A stretch of 64,000 bases of DNA from Octopus vulgaris (Eukaryota): the NCBI GenBank assembly GCA_951406725.2, contig OX597815.1:191952001-192016000 (forward strand). The letters run 5' to 3'. Both the position numbers and the translations under genes were made by a program. Numbering within the stretch: position 1 is the stretch's first letter; every line of letters begins with the position of its first letter. Below, piece after piece: positions 12,649 to 26,143 of the stretch. The notes below the pieces were generated by a model. The model was not told the DNA's origin, did no database searches, and saw only the letters and a program-made list of their open reading frames with translations.

Positions 12649-13689
12649 GTCTGTCTATTTGCCTTTCTGTCTGTCTATTTGTCTGTCTATCTGTCTATCC
12701 ATCAATCCATCCATCCATCCATCTATCTATCTGTTTATATATGTGTACATACATCTATACGTGTGTGTGTGTGTGATCGTGTGTGCACATATCTTTGCAT
12801 CTGTCTTTTGTCTCAACAGTTTTAATTTGCTGTGTAAAAACAATGTAGCCATCCATATGATGGAGCCTTTGTCTACAAGCTGCCATAAAAACATGTCTGG
12901 CCATTCAGCTGTTTGTTTTTTGAAAGACTATGTGAAATAATACAGTATTCGGAAACGGGTGAAGGTCAGTGTCAGCTTCTAGCTGTTGAAAGACTTCCTT
13001 AATATGCTTCATCTGACCAAAGCCAACATAGAAAAAATTGGCTGTTAAGACAATGATGATAATGATGAGCGTATCTTTAGTTTTAATAGCATTGTCAGAG
13101 AAGAAACTGCTTTGACCATAGCTTTTTACAGGACCTCTGAAACTAGTGAGGATAAAGCAATAAAATATCCCTAAAATGGAAATTTCCCTTGTCTGTTTTC
13201 AACAGAATGGATCACAAAAAAAAAAAAAAAAATGAGGGGCAAGAAATGGTATTAAATAGGTTATGAATTAATGCTGTATTTATTTGATATATTCTTCTTG
13301 ATGGAATTTGAAGGGGATTTGGCTATTATTTCTTGTAGATTTGGTTCGAGATAAAGAGGCTTTATTCATTGGTGTAAGATAAAGAATTTTAATATGGTGC
13401 TTGAAACAATAATTTCTAATGTAGACACAAGGACATAAATATTAAATGTGAAAACAATGGTAGACAGTTATACTGCTTCACACATCACCCAGGGTTTACT
13501 TCAGCTTCTTTCCTTGAGAATTCTTTGAAAGTCCCGCCTACCTGTTCTTTGCAAGACAGAGAATTATCACTTTCTCCTTGTCCATTCTTGAACAAATTTT
13601 TCAGGTAAAGACACACATGCTTTTGTAACACGCTATTACCATATCTTACTCCCACATGACTCTTTCTATCCTTTTACTTTTTTACATTT

Positions 13690-14300
13690 ACCTTTTACTT
13701 GTTTCAGTTATTAGACCGTGGCCATGCTGTGAATTAACCCTTGTACCTATTTATTTTTACAGTCTCGTACTTATTCTATTGATCTCTTTTGCCAAACTGC
13801 TAAATTATGGGGATGTAAACACACCAACACTGGTTGGGTTGGGTAGGGGTAAACATAGACACAAAGACAAACACACACACACACACACACACAACAAGCT
13901 CCTTTCAGTTGCTTTTTTTCTTTATTGCCCACAAAGATTCTAAACACAGAGGGGATAAACAAGGACAGACAAACGGATTAAGCTGATTACATCGACCCCA
14001 GTGCGTAACTGGTGCTTAATTTATCGACCCCGAAAGGATGAAAGGCAAAGTCGACCTCGGCGGAATTTGAACTCAGAACATAACGGCAGAGGAAATACCG
14101 CTAAGCATTTCGCTCGGCGTGTTAACGTTTCTGCCAGCTCGCCACCACTTCCTTTCAGTTTCTGTTTACCAAATCCACTCACAAGACTTTTGGTCAACCC
14201 GAGGCTATGGTAGAAGGCACCTGTCCAAAGTACCACGCTGTGGGATTGAACCCATAACCACGGTGTTGGGAAACAAACTCCTTACCCACACAGCCAAGCC
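13690..14300 (-). mobile_element. SINE A with a nested SINE B (about 13912-14148)
   Basis: SINE A is split. Target duplication tcctttcagtt at 13900-13910 and 14150-14160. Confidence 0.85.
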
Positions 14301-14927
14301 TGGGCCTGGAAATTTTTTTCGACAAGCAGCATTTACAAAACAGCTTCCAAAGCTGTGAACATTTGAACCCAGCAAAATTTGTGTATGCAAGTATCATTGT
14401 TGCTTTTAGTTACCATTGTTTGCTTTTCCACTGTAGATTCTTAAATCAATATCGGCGCCATTTTCTTTCACAAAGTCAATATTTTTTCTTCATGTGTGTC
14501 TGTTTGCTCGGCATTGTTAACTTCCGTTTTACTTTCTTCGTTTTTACTTGTTTTGAATCCAAGTTAATATTTTTATGCAATTTTAGTTTTAGTCGTGGAG
14601 GCATATTTGTCCTCGTTGGCGCTTCTACCATTGTGACGAGTACCTCTTTCTGTTACTGCAAGGCATGAAGCCATTGTGAATTACAACTAAGCTAAAAAAA
14701 AAGATGAACAAAAAAATTGTTCAAAAACATCCTTTTTTTCCCCCCCTAAACGATGGGGGAAGGAAAAAAATTTTAAAACAAGACTTCTCGCTTCTCTTTT
14801 GTAATAAGTTCATGTGATTACGACACAAGCAGAAGACATCCCATTCACAAAGAAATCTGATATCTTTCTTCAACATTTGCAGCTTGCAAAAGGCATGTCT
14901 TCTAATCTTAAACAAAATAATAGTATT

Positions 14928-15042
14928 AATAATAATAATAATAATAATAGTAGTAGTAGTAGTAGTAGTAATAATAATAATAATAATAATAATAATAGTA
15001 GTAGTAGTAGTAGTAATAATAATAATAATAATAATAGTTGTA

Positions 15043-15105
<63 letters not shown>

Positions 15106-15166
15106 GTAGTAGTAGTAATAATAATAATAATAATAGTTAGTAATAGTAATAATAATAATAGTTGTA

Positions 15167-15199
<33 letters not shown>

Positions 15200-15680
15200 G
15201 TAGTAGTAGTAATAATAATAATAATAGTAGTAGTAGTAGTAGTAATAATAATAATAATAATAATAGTTGTAGTAATAATAATAATAATAATAATAGTAGT
15301 AGCAGTAATAATAATAATAGTAGTAGTAGTAGTAATAATAATAATAATAATAGTAGTAATAATGATAATAATAGTAGTAATAATAATAATAATAATAGTA
15401 GTAATAATAATAATAATAATAGCAGTAATAATAATAATAATAATAATAATAGTAGTAGTAATAATAATAATAACTAATAATGATGATGATAATAATAATA
15501 GCAAAAATAATAATAGTAATAATAATGATGAGGATGATTAATATAATAATAATAACAATAATAGTAATAGTAATGATGATGATTAATAATAATAATAATA
15601 ATAATGATGATGATTAATATAATAACAATTATAATAATAGTAATGATGATGATGATGATTAATAATAATAATAATAATGA
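14928..15680. repeat. (AAT/AGT/GAT)n trinucleotide tract of about 750 bp
   Basis: Seen directly. Confidence 0.95.
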
Positions 15681-16485
15681 ATTCTAGCCCAAGATGAACA
15701 GATAAAAGAAAGAATAAAAGCTGCTTACGGACACATAAGAAATTGCTAAAGATCAGCCAATTAATTCTATTTGCTGCTTCGATGATCCCTCTTTAGTTAC
15801 GAATCTGCACACAGAGAAAGCTGAAGTGCTTTTGAAAGATGTGAAAGGAAAGGTTCTCAAAATAAACAAATAAACTCAATAATACGAAATAGCTGGGAGG
15901 TCTCTTTGAGTACATTTTGTGAAATCAGGAGGTACAAGGAAGTGGTTTAATTTATAGTTTGGGAGAAATCTAATTATATCAACACAGCTGTAATAATGTG
16001 CTTGTGAGTGTTCCTTAAGAAATTGTTCAAGACTTGCCTTTCTAAACAAATTATTTACATTTGCATGAGGGGGGGAAACTTTAGTGTCCCTTGCTGTTCC
16101 TATTGTTGTTATTATTGTTATTCTCTTCATTCTATGAAGAGATATAGCCTTAGTGGTTAGGGTGTTCAGCTGACGCTTCTAAGGCTTTAGGTTCAATTCT
16201 TGTGTGAAACAGCATGCTATGTTCTTGAGCAAGACACTTCATTTCACACTGTTCCAGTTGGCTCAGTTGTAATGAGTATTAGCTGAGTGCTGGAGGAGCC
16301 CTCTCCCCTTCCAGCTGTCACACCCTGAGTATTCCATTGGATCGGAAGGCTGAGGGTGGGGATGAAGGGGTGGTCAGGGGGCTGTTTAAGTTTGCTCATG
16401 GCTGGGGCTGTCTTAGTAGCATTATAGGCCCTAGGTTAAACCAATACCTTTAGACTTTATGGTATTTATTTATGATATTTATATA

Positions 16486-16962
16486 AGGCGGCGAGCTGGC
16501 AGAATGGTTAGCACGCTGGGTGAAATGCTTAGCGGTATTTCATCTGCTGTTACGTTCTGAGTTCAAATTCCGCTGAGGTCAACTTTACCTTTCATCCTTT
16601 CGGGGTCGATAAATAAAGTACCAGTTTTGCACTGGGGGGGGGGGTCGATGTAATCGACTTAATCCCTTTGTCTGTCCTTGTTTGTCCCCTCTATGTTTAG
16701 CCCCTTGTGGGCAATAAAGAAATATATATAAGGTGGCGAGCTGGCAGAAACGTTAGCATGCTGGGCGAAATGCTTAGCGGTATTTCCTCTGCTGTTATGT
16801 TCTGAGTTCAAATTCCGCTGAGGTCGACTTTGCCTTTCATCCTTTCGGGGTCGATTAAATAAGCACCAGTTATGCACTGGGGTCGATGTAATCGACTAAA
16901 TCTGTTTGCCTGTCCTTGTTTGACCCCTCTGTGTTTAGCCCCTTGTGGATAGTAAAGAAATA
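16486..16962 (+). mobile_element. Tandem dimer of full-length SINE B
   Basis: Two heads ggc/tggcgagctggcagaa (16487 and 16732), each with the ttagccccttgtgg...aaagaaata tail. ggtatttattta is repeated on the flanks. Confidence 0.9.
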
Positions 16963-17124
16963 GGTATTTATTTACTGGAAGCAACCCATGGGCAAATTAA
17001 TGCATTGGGCTCCATAGCATTTATTTGAGAGCAATCCACAACATGCAGAGATCAAAATTGGGGACCTTAGATCCTTTAGGCTCCCAGACAAAATCAGTCT
17101 ACTGGGCCCTACAGTTTTTATATA

Positions 17125-17492
17125 TATACTTTTATTGTTTCAGTCGTTTGACTGCAGCCATGCTGGAGCACCGCCTTTTGTTGAACAAATCAACCTCAGG
17201 ACTTATTCTTTGTAAGCCTGGTATTTATTCTATCGGTCTTTTTTGCCAAACTGCTAAGTTACAGGAACAAACACATTAATATCAGCTGTCAAGCAATGGT
17301 GGGGGACAAATACAGACACAAAGACACACAAACATATATATATATACAACAGGCTTCTTTCAGTTTCCGTCTACTAAATCCATTCACTGAGGCCATAGTA
17401 GAAGACACTTGCCCAAGGTTCCACACAGTGGGACTGAACTTGGAACCATGTGGTTGGGAAGCAAGCTTCTTACCACACAGCCACGCCTGCAC
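17125..17492 (-). mobile_element. SINE A, full length
   Basis: Runs from the tail gtttcagtcgtttgactgc to the head ccacacagccac. Confidence 0.85.
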
Positions 17493-18800
17493 CTACTACA
17501 GCATGTATAGATTAGAATTGGATCCCTAGGCCCAAGTGTCCTCAAGGTAAATCATCACAGTAGATCCTATTGTAGTTATTTATTGACAGCAACTCCCAGC
17601 ATATAAAGATCAGCTTTGGGCTCCTGGGCCTGTGAGGGCCCTGGGTAATTTCTTATCTTCCATTTTAAAGGGTTACAGAATTAAAACAGGTTATAGGAAC
17701 ATAAACCTTCTTCCACGAAAAGATAGCTTAAACTGTGCTCTAAATGGAGGTGTAGTCAAATCGTATTTTATGGACTCAACCATGTTCTAAAATATGTTGA
17801 AAGGTAAGCTGCTATAAATCGTCATGAACTTTCCGGACAACCCAATATTATCATTTTAATTAATATCATTTAACCTTCTTGTCATTGTTGTTGTCATCGT
17901 CTTCGTTCTCCTACCTCTTTCCTCCTTTTTCTTCGAAGGACAGCTCAGTTAAAAGAAGTACAAATATGGCTCATTGCAGAAGTTTCTTGGAAAATAAGGA
18001 AACCATAACAACCCACCCCCACCTCCAAAACAAGCAACAAAAAGTAAAAAAAAAAATAAGACAACATTGCAAACAAACAAACAAACAAACATAAATAAGA
18101 AAAATTATCTAAAACAACTTTCCGAGATGCCTCCGAGCTTCATATTGTACGCCAGGCAATTGCCCCAGTTTCCAGCATATTTCTAATTTGCCCTACATAA
18201 TGTAGAAAAAGATTATATCTTTTTTTTATGTAGAGAAAGTGTTGAGCATTGATGATAACCAGAGGCTTTGTATACCATTCTGCTTACTTGTCACAATCTT
18301 CTGTATAATCTTCACAACTGCTTTGTACTAATTAGGCTTCTAATTAAAGAAAAGCAAAATGAGACCAGAATAAAAAAGAAATGGATGAACAGAACTCATT
18401 TGTAAATTTTTCTTTGTAATTTGCTTTTGTTTTGTTTTTTTCTGTAGTTTGCTATTGATTAATATTTTCTACAAGACTTGCCATTATGTATCATTGTATC
18501 TCCTATATAGCACCACAATGCTTTGGTGTACTTTAGATGTCAAATTATCGAAACTATTTCTTCTCTTCTTTCTTCCAACTCTGTAACATTAACCACAGAG
18601 TAGGGAATGCTGTTACTGAATCACCAAAATTCTTTACATTGACAAATATTCCATATTCTATTATTCTTCTATTCGAAATACCATATTGGTTTCTTATGTA
18701 TGCCAAAGGAGATATTCCATTGAATGTGGAAAGAAAGAGGTTTTTTTTTTCTCCCCCACCCCACTCACATATATGTTATTGATGTAGGTGAAATGAAATA

Positions 18801-19378
18801 CAAAGTGGGCCAAAAGTCACGCACCAAAACATTTGACATTTTATTTTATTTTACATTATTATGAAAAGCAAAGTCGACCTTGGTGGAATTTGAACTCAGA
18901 ACGTAGCGGCAGATGAAATACCTATTTCTTTACTACCCACAAGGGGCTAAACACAGAGGGGAGAAACAAGGACAGACAAAGTGATTAAGTCGATTATATC
19001 GACCTCAGTGTGTAACTGGTACTTAATTTATCGACCCCGAAAGGACGAAAGGCAAAGTCGACCTCGGTGGAATTTGAACTCAGAACGTAGCGGCAGACGA
19101 AATACTGCTAAGCATTTCGCCCAGCGTGCTAACATTTCTGCCAGTTCGCTGCCAAGTTTACTCTCTTTCTACCCTCTTTTACTTGTTTCAGTCATTTGAC
19201 TGTGGCCATGCTGGAGCACTGCCTTTAGTTCAGCAAATCAACCCCAGGACTTATTCTTTGTAAGCCTAGTACTTATTCTATCAGTCTCTTTTACCGAACC
19301 GCTAAGTTACGGGGACGTAAACACACCGCCATCAGTTGTCAAGTGATATTGGGTGGGGGGACAGAAACAGACACACAA

Positions 19379-19443
<65 letters not shown>

Positions 19444-19968
19444 CACATTTTTTAATAATAACCTGTGCTAGCGCGGAAAACAGACGTTAAACGATGATGA
19501 TGATATTATTAATAATATTAGGAAATAAATATCGAAACTTCTCAGAAAGATATACACGTGTGAAAAATAATTGTTATATAAATAAAATAAATATAAATAT
19601 GTATAAAAATATATGTAAATATGTATAAGTATAAATATATAATGTATATGACAGTTTAAAAGTATGTATATATATATATATATATCATCATCATCATCGT
19701 TTAGCGTCCGTTTTCCATGCTAGCATGGGTTGGACGGGTCAACTGGGGTCTGTGAAGCTGGAAGGCTTCGTCAGGCCCAGTCAGATCAGGCAGTGTTTCT
19801 ACGGCTGGATGCCCTTCCTAACGCCAACCACTCCGCGAGTGTAGTGGGTGTTTTTTACGTGCCACCTGCACAGGTGCCAGACAGAGCTGGCGAACGGCCA
19901 CGAACGGATGGTGCTTTTACGTGTCACCGGCACGGGGCCAGGCGAGGCTGGCAACAAACACGAACGGA

Positions 19969-20002
<34 letters not shown>

Positions 20003-20410
20003 GTAAGAGCAATGTATTAATCTTACCTTGATTTCTTCTGTGGTGTGGACAATGAACATGTCCATTAAATCTTCTTTGGCACCATCCATCCAGTTGTTAA
20101 ATGGAGCAGCTCTCTTATATATATATATATATATACGACAGGCTTCTTTCAGTTTCCATCTACCAAATCCACTCACAAGGCTTTGGTCGGCCCAAGGCTA
20201 TAGTAGAAGACACTTGTCCAAGGTGCCATGCAGTGGGAATGAACCTGGAACCATGTGGTTGGTAAGCAAGCTACTTACCACACAGCCACTCCTACACCAA
20301 TGTATGTGTATATTCATCGTTATTTTAGTTATTTTATGCAATTTTAGAAAAATTGAAGCATGTCTTTGACACTGCCAGAGCATATGGAACATGACTTTTG
20401 GCCCACCCTG
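18801..20410. mobile_element. Tc1/mariner-type non-autonomous shell filled by nested retroelements
   Basis: Left TA|caaagtgggccaaaagtcacg and right catgacttttggcccaccctg are inverted repeats. The interior holds SINE B twice, a split SINE A and family C. Confidence 0.6.
19685..19970 (-). mobile_element. Family C repeat, young copy
   Basis: (cat)n-cgtttagcgtccgttttccatgctagcatgg...; closely matches the reverse complement of 29405-29677. Confidence 0.9.
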
Positions 20411-20476
20411 TTTAATGGCTTCAGTTTAGAACATGTATAGGTGTAGGTGATCAAGAGCTCATTTTGTACATTTTGA

Positions 20477-20934
20477 CCCATTCATTACTGTATTTATTTT
20501 GAGATGCTCTATGTTTTTTTCAATTAATTGTAAATATAGCAAAGAATTTAGTAAAATAACTTAGTTATCATTAAGCTAGTGTTAGAAACCTAAATTGTGA
20601 TTAAGGTTTGGTGGAACATTTTAATTCAGAACTTATGGAAACAAGACATTTGTACTACAGCCAGAGCTGCTTTCAGCTAGGTTGGTGCCAAAATGGTTGA
20701 ATTAATCATTTGTTAGCCCTTTTGTTACCATATTTCTGTTGAGATGCTCTGTGTTTCTTTCAATTAATTTCAAATATAACAAAGAATTTTGTAAAATAAC
20801 TTAGTTATCATTAAGCTAGTGTCAGGAACATAAATTGTGACTAAGGCTTGGTGGAAGTTTTTAATTCAAAACTTATGAAAGCAAGACATTTGGATTACAG
20901 AGCCAGAGCCGGTTTCAGGTTAGTACCAAAAGGG
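20477..20934 (+). mobile_element. Tandem dimer of piggyBac-like MITEs
   Basis: Units 20477-20696 and 20717-20934 joined by ttgaattaatcatttgttag. Confidence 0.8.
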
Positions 20935-21400
20935 TTAAATTCATCATTTGTATATGACAATCAGATTCAATTGTGGCTTTGATTTATTCATCACCAACTT
21001 CAGTAGGTTCACTAGAATGTTGGTCATCTTTGAGTGAAAAATCTCCAGAACGGAATTTTTAAAACCATTTCTGACATGTGTGTTCTGTTAAGCAATCAAC
21101 ACCATAAACTTCACATATCTCTTTGTGAACCTCAGCAGCTTTCTTGCCTTTATGGAAATAATAAAAAGCAAAATATGGCGAAAATGTTCGTTTTTTGCAA
21201 TCCATGTTAAAATTGACACTGAACTAAGAGCTGTAAACAAAATTATGCACAATTTGCTTCTAAAGTAAGCAAAAAAGTAACGGCTATCAAATGTCAAAAG
21301 GAAAAAATCATAACAGGGACAAAAGTCATAAAATAAAAAATTGTGACTCTATCTGTTTGTACAAAACGAAATTACTTTCTTGCCAACCCAATATATATAT

Positions 21401-21630
21401 GGTGGCGAGCTGGCAGAAACTTTAGTGCGCCGGGTAAAATGCTTAGCGGTGTTTCGTCTGTTGTTACATTCCGAGTTCAAATCCCGCCGAGGTCGCCTTT
21501 GCCTTTCATCCTTTCGGGGTCGATTAAATAAGTACCTGATACGCACTGGGGTCGATGTAATCGACTTAATTCCTTTGTCTGTCCTTGTTTGTCTCCTCTA
21601 TGTTTAGCCCCTTGTGGGTAGTAAAGAAAT
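21401..21630 (+). mobile_element. SINE B, full length
   Basis: Head ggtggcgagctggcagaa, B box gagttcaaatccc and the gcctttcatcctttcggggtcga core. Confidence 0.9.
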
Positions 21631-21789
21631 ATATACTCACACACACACACACACACACAGATATACATATATACACACACGCACACATATACACTCTTAT
21701 ACAGATATGTATTTACATATATATATATATACATATATATATATACACATATATATACATATATATAGACATATATATATACACATACA

Positions 21790-22045
21790 TCATCATCATC
21801 ATCATCATCATCGTTTAACGTCAGTTTTCCTCGCTAGCACAGGTTGGACGGTTCGACCGATGTCTGGGAAGCCAGGGCTGCACCAGGCTCCAGTCTGATC
21901 TGGCAGTGTTTCTACAGCTGGATGCCCTTCCTAACGCCAACCACTCCGCGAGTGTAGTGGGTCCTTTTTACGTGCCACCTGCACAGGTGCCAGGGCGGGT
22001 CTGGCTCGGCCACGATCGGTTGGTGCTTTTAACGTGCCATTGGCA
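21790..22045 (-). mobile_element. Family C repeat
   Basis: Matches the other family C copies. Confidence 0.9.
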
Positions 22046-22060
22046 CATATATATATATAC

Positions 22061-22159
<99 letters not shown>

Positions 22160-22675
22160 CATACATATATATATATATATATATACATATATATATACAT
22201 ACATATATATATACATACACATATATACATACATATATGTATACACACATACATTTCTACAGTGTCGTTCTACTTTGTTTGGTATTATTTTTTTGGGGTT
22301 TTTGTTAACAAACTGTTATCATGCTAGGATTAAGCACTAAATTAAACATTAGCTTCTACATGACTTTTGCAGTAATTTAGGTTGCGTAGTGAAACAATTA
22401 TCAACAGAGAGTAATTTTATTAATTACTTTTCCCAGTGACTACACTAATTGCAGCATAAAAGAAATGCTAAGCATTTATGAATGGTAAATATAGGTTTGA
22501 AATATCTGCTTTTCCTCTGTGTATATGTGCGTGCAATGTGTATGGTGTGTGTGTGTGTGTGGATAGTGCATGAACTATGTATCCATATATGGAAATATAT
22601 GTGCGTGTGTGTGTGCAAATGGTTGTATCTTTGCCAATGTGTGTTGGTACATCTCTGTGTATACATGCATGTGCT

Positions 22676-22714
<39 letters not shown>

Positions 22715-23190
22715 TCATGTATATGTATATATATATATATGTATGTATGTATGTGTGTGTATGTATTTATACATGTATATGTGTCTGTGCATATATATGT
22801 ATATATGTATATGCATATGTATGTATGTATGTATATATATGTGTCTGTGCATATATATGTATATATGTATGTGTGTGTATGTATTTATACATATATATGT
22901 GTCTGTGCATATATATGTATATATATATGTGTGTGTATGTATATATATACACACACACACACACACTTATATGTAGATATATGTATGTACATATAAAAGA
23001 GAAAGAGGAGCACATGCATATGTGCATATATTTATTAAAAGACAAAAAGCCAAAAAAGATTTAGGAACTTTATCATGAATAAAAGAAAGGAGAAAATGGA
23101 AATTATTTCTTTTATTCGCGATAAAGTTTTCAAAGTACTTCTTTTTGTTTTTTTATATAAATTTACTCATATGAAACCTTTTAACCCTCT

Positions 23191-23229
<39 letters not shown>

Positions 23230-23587
23230 TATTATTCAAAGGAATTCCAACTCTGTCTGTTTTATATGTTTTATTTATATTCTTTATAATATTAATGTAG
23301 AATATAGAATATATAGTATAAACAGTATATATATATATAGTAAAATGAAATGAAGTACTGATTGTCTTATTGAATAGATGAAATATTGAACATCAAATAT
23401 TAAGGGACAAGTATACTTTCTTGCATTTAAGCAGTCTTCAAGGTCCCAGGTTATGACAGGAATGTTTCAACTATATATATATATATTATATGTAGAAAAA
23501 TACAAACTGGGACAAGAACGTAAAACATTTAGAAGACGATACAAAAAACACGGACAGGACATTCGAAGCCTTCAATCTTCAGTCAAG

Positions 23588-23639
<52 letters not shown>

Positions 23640-23640
23640 T

Positions 23641-24745
23641 GTATGGGGTACGCCAAATATTTGTGAACAAACTTCAGCAGACCATAAATGGAAAATACTT
23701 CAATATAATATTATGCATGCAACAAATTTCTGACTTTTCTCATTTCTCTCTCAGACATATTGCCAGCATCAACATGACAGATTCCAAACAGACTCAGTAA
23801 ATAAAAGGACTCATAATATTCATGGCTCTAACTATTGAATCTGGTGAATCAGAGATTGTTAGTTTTTACAAACATGAGTGTGCCCTTCATGTTTAGGATC
23901 AATAAAGAACTGGATGTCTCTGGTAGGGATCAGTTATACAAAGTTGAAGGATAGATGCATTTTCATGGCATTAGTATGGCCAAGTTCATCAGGCTATCAT
24001 CGACAATGATTCCACAGGTTTGTTGAGGTCCATTGTCGAGCAACTCAAGGTCCTGGAGTTTGCTATCAGATGCATGATGCACAAGGACATCAGGCAAGCT
24101 GGCAGGAATTTTAGCACGCCGGGCAAGATGCTTAGTGGTATTTCATCTGCTGCTATGTTCTGAGTTCAAATTCCGCCGAGGTCAACTTTGCCTTTAATCC
24201 TTTCGGGGTCGATTAAATAAGTACCAGTTACGCACTGGGGTCGATATAATCGACTTAATCCATTTGTCTGTCCTTGTTTGTCTTTTCTGTGTTTAGCCCC
24301 TTGTGGGTAGTAAAGAAATAGGTGTGAGTGAGTTCTACTTGAGGAACAAAAGGCAGTTGATGCTCAGGAAGAACCATGTGACCAGGTGACCCTCAGCATC
24401 AAACAATTCCTAGCCCTCCTTGATTAAACCCTCCAGAATGCTGCATCTTGGTTGTTGTTTAAGAAGAATGGCTGCTGGTACCTTGATGTCAAATATTCAG
24501 TGGAGATTATAGTCAAGGAAGTGATGGAGATATGGGTGGAATCCAGATAATCTTGGGTAGACAGTTGCTTTTGTGGTTGCTGTCAGGAATGATGGCTGTT
24601 TTATGGAATGGTCTGTGACATTGGGTATGTAATTAGAATATGCCTTTTTCTAGGAGTGTTTTGTTCCCGATTACCTAAGACACACTGCATAAATATATTT
24701 ATAAACATATATATATGTTTCGGTCACTTTAAATAAAACCCTTGA
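23641..24745 (+). mobile_element. Degenerate Tc1/mariner-superfamily (maT-like) transposase relic, interrupted by SINE B (24095-24320)
   Basis: RSIVEQLKVLEFAIRCMMHKDIR resembles the HTH RSIARELGVS..TIRR....DL. The C-terminal piece VAVRNDGCFME resembles AVVxxxGxxIE. Confidence 0.45.
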
Positions 24746-24789
24746 TTGAATAACACTGTGTATAAACTCTATACTTGGAATGACCAATT

Positions 24790-25095
24790 TTTAAATACTA
24801 TTGGATTTTACTCATAAGGTATTGGAATCTTATATGTATACCATTCTGCCTAAAAACAAATGGATCTACAAATACAATATCCCTACATATCTCACATCTA
24901 TTTCCTTTATTTCCTCCACCTCACTCTCTATTTTATATCTTATAAAAATTAACTATTGCTTAACCATTTTCTCACACCATCTCCAATGAAGGTATATTAT
25001 AAATATCCTAGAAACAGCTGTAAGACCGTCTATCTATAAATGTTCTAATATCTACACACCCTTGGTTTTTTTATCTCATTATGGGGAAAAAAATA
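24790..25095 (+). mobile_element. Penelope-like element 3' fragment with a decayed hammerhead motif at 24980-25025
   Basis: tct-CCAATGA-aggtat...atatccta-GAAA-cagctg-TA-aga. Upstream HKVLESYM weakly resembles the GIY-YIG end RKxLESxxI. Confidence 0.5.
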
Positions 25096-25474
25096 TATTC
25101 ACGACAGGAGACACGGATGCGGGCAGCAGCATCGAACTCCCTTGTTGATCAATATATCAGAGGTGGATATAGTGTATATTAGCGGTGGTGCCCCAGCATG
25201 GCCGCGGCCTTCGGGCTAAAACATTTTTAAGGATTTATATATATATATACATGAGGCTAAGGCTTTTGTGGGTGTGAAACCATTGGTCACTTTATGACCG
25301 GACATAAACTTAATTACTTTTAATCCATTACTGCTCTGCGCTTTAGCGTGTGCTTCATTATCAGATATATGATACATTGATGATGTGAATGTGTGTGTGT
25401 GTGTGCACGTGCATATTGGAGTAATGTTAAATGTTAATATGATAACACTCTACTATTAAAAGAAATTATTCATT

Positions 25475-25509
<35 letters not shown>

Positions 25510-25601
25510 ATTCCAAACATGAACAAAGGGAAAACACAACTCCAGTACGTGGAACAAGTATAGTGTTATTGGACACTCAGGAAAGGAAAGAAAGAAGGAG
25601 G

Positions 25602-25636
25602 ATTTAACGTTTCGAGCGGAGCTCTTCGTCAGAAAC
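25602..25636 (-). ncRNA. Minimal hammerhead ribozyme motif in a Penelope-like fragment (about 25505-25710)
   Basis: Reverse complement: gttt-CTGACGA-a-gagc-tcc-gctc-GAAA-cg-TT-aaat. Canonical core, stem II, stem I and palindromic AACGTT. Confidence 0.65.
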
Positions 25637-26076
25637 ATAGAAAAAGGGAAGTCCAAGGAAGGGAAGACAGAGAAAGAAAATTGCCAACGATACACATGCG
25701 GTCACTATCATCATCATCATCATATATATATATGAAGGCAGAATCAGGCCCAGTCAAATCTGGCAGTGTTTATACTATATATATATATATATACACACAC
25801 ACACGCACACATGTATGTGTGTGTGTATGTGTATGTGTGTGTCCATACATGTGTGTATATAATATTAGTTTCGCTGGGAAGATATTCAGTCGATTACTTT
25901 GACCCCAGAGTTCAACTGATGCTTATTTTATCGACCCCGAAAGGACGAAAGGCAAAACTGACCTCGGTGGAATTTTCAAACACATATTATAAGGAAGGAC
26001 GAAAATCCTAGCAGCATTTTGTCCCATGCGCTGATGTTCCTGCCAGCTCACCTAAACACACACAGACAGACAGACA

Positions 26077-26143
<67 letters not shown>

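Noticed and set aside
13520-13604. Open frames ending at CAG|GTAAAG
   Set aside because: Weak acceptor and no recognisable peptide.
18234-18331. Acceptor followed by KVLSIDDNQRLCIPFCLLVTIFCIIFTTALY*, with an overlapping small minus-strand exon candidate
   Set aside because: A terminal exon here would lie upstream of the internal exon. There is no homology support and chance splice-like sites are common in AT-rich DNA.
20001-20115. Minus-strand segment ending AAG|GTAAGA ([22 protein letters not shown])
   Set aside because: It lies inside nested repeats directly after (TA)n and has no acceptor.
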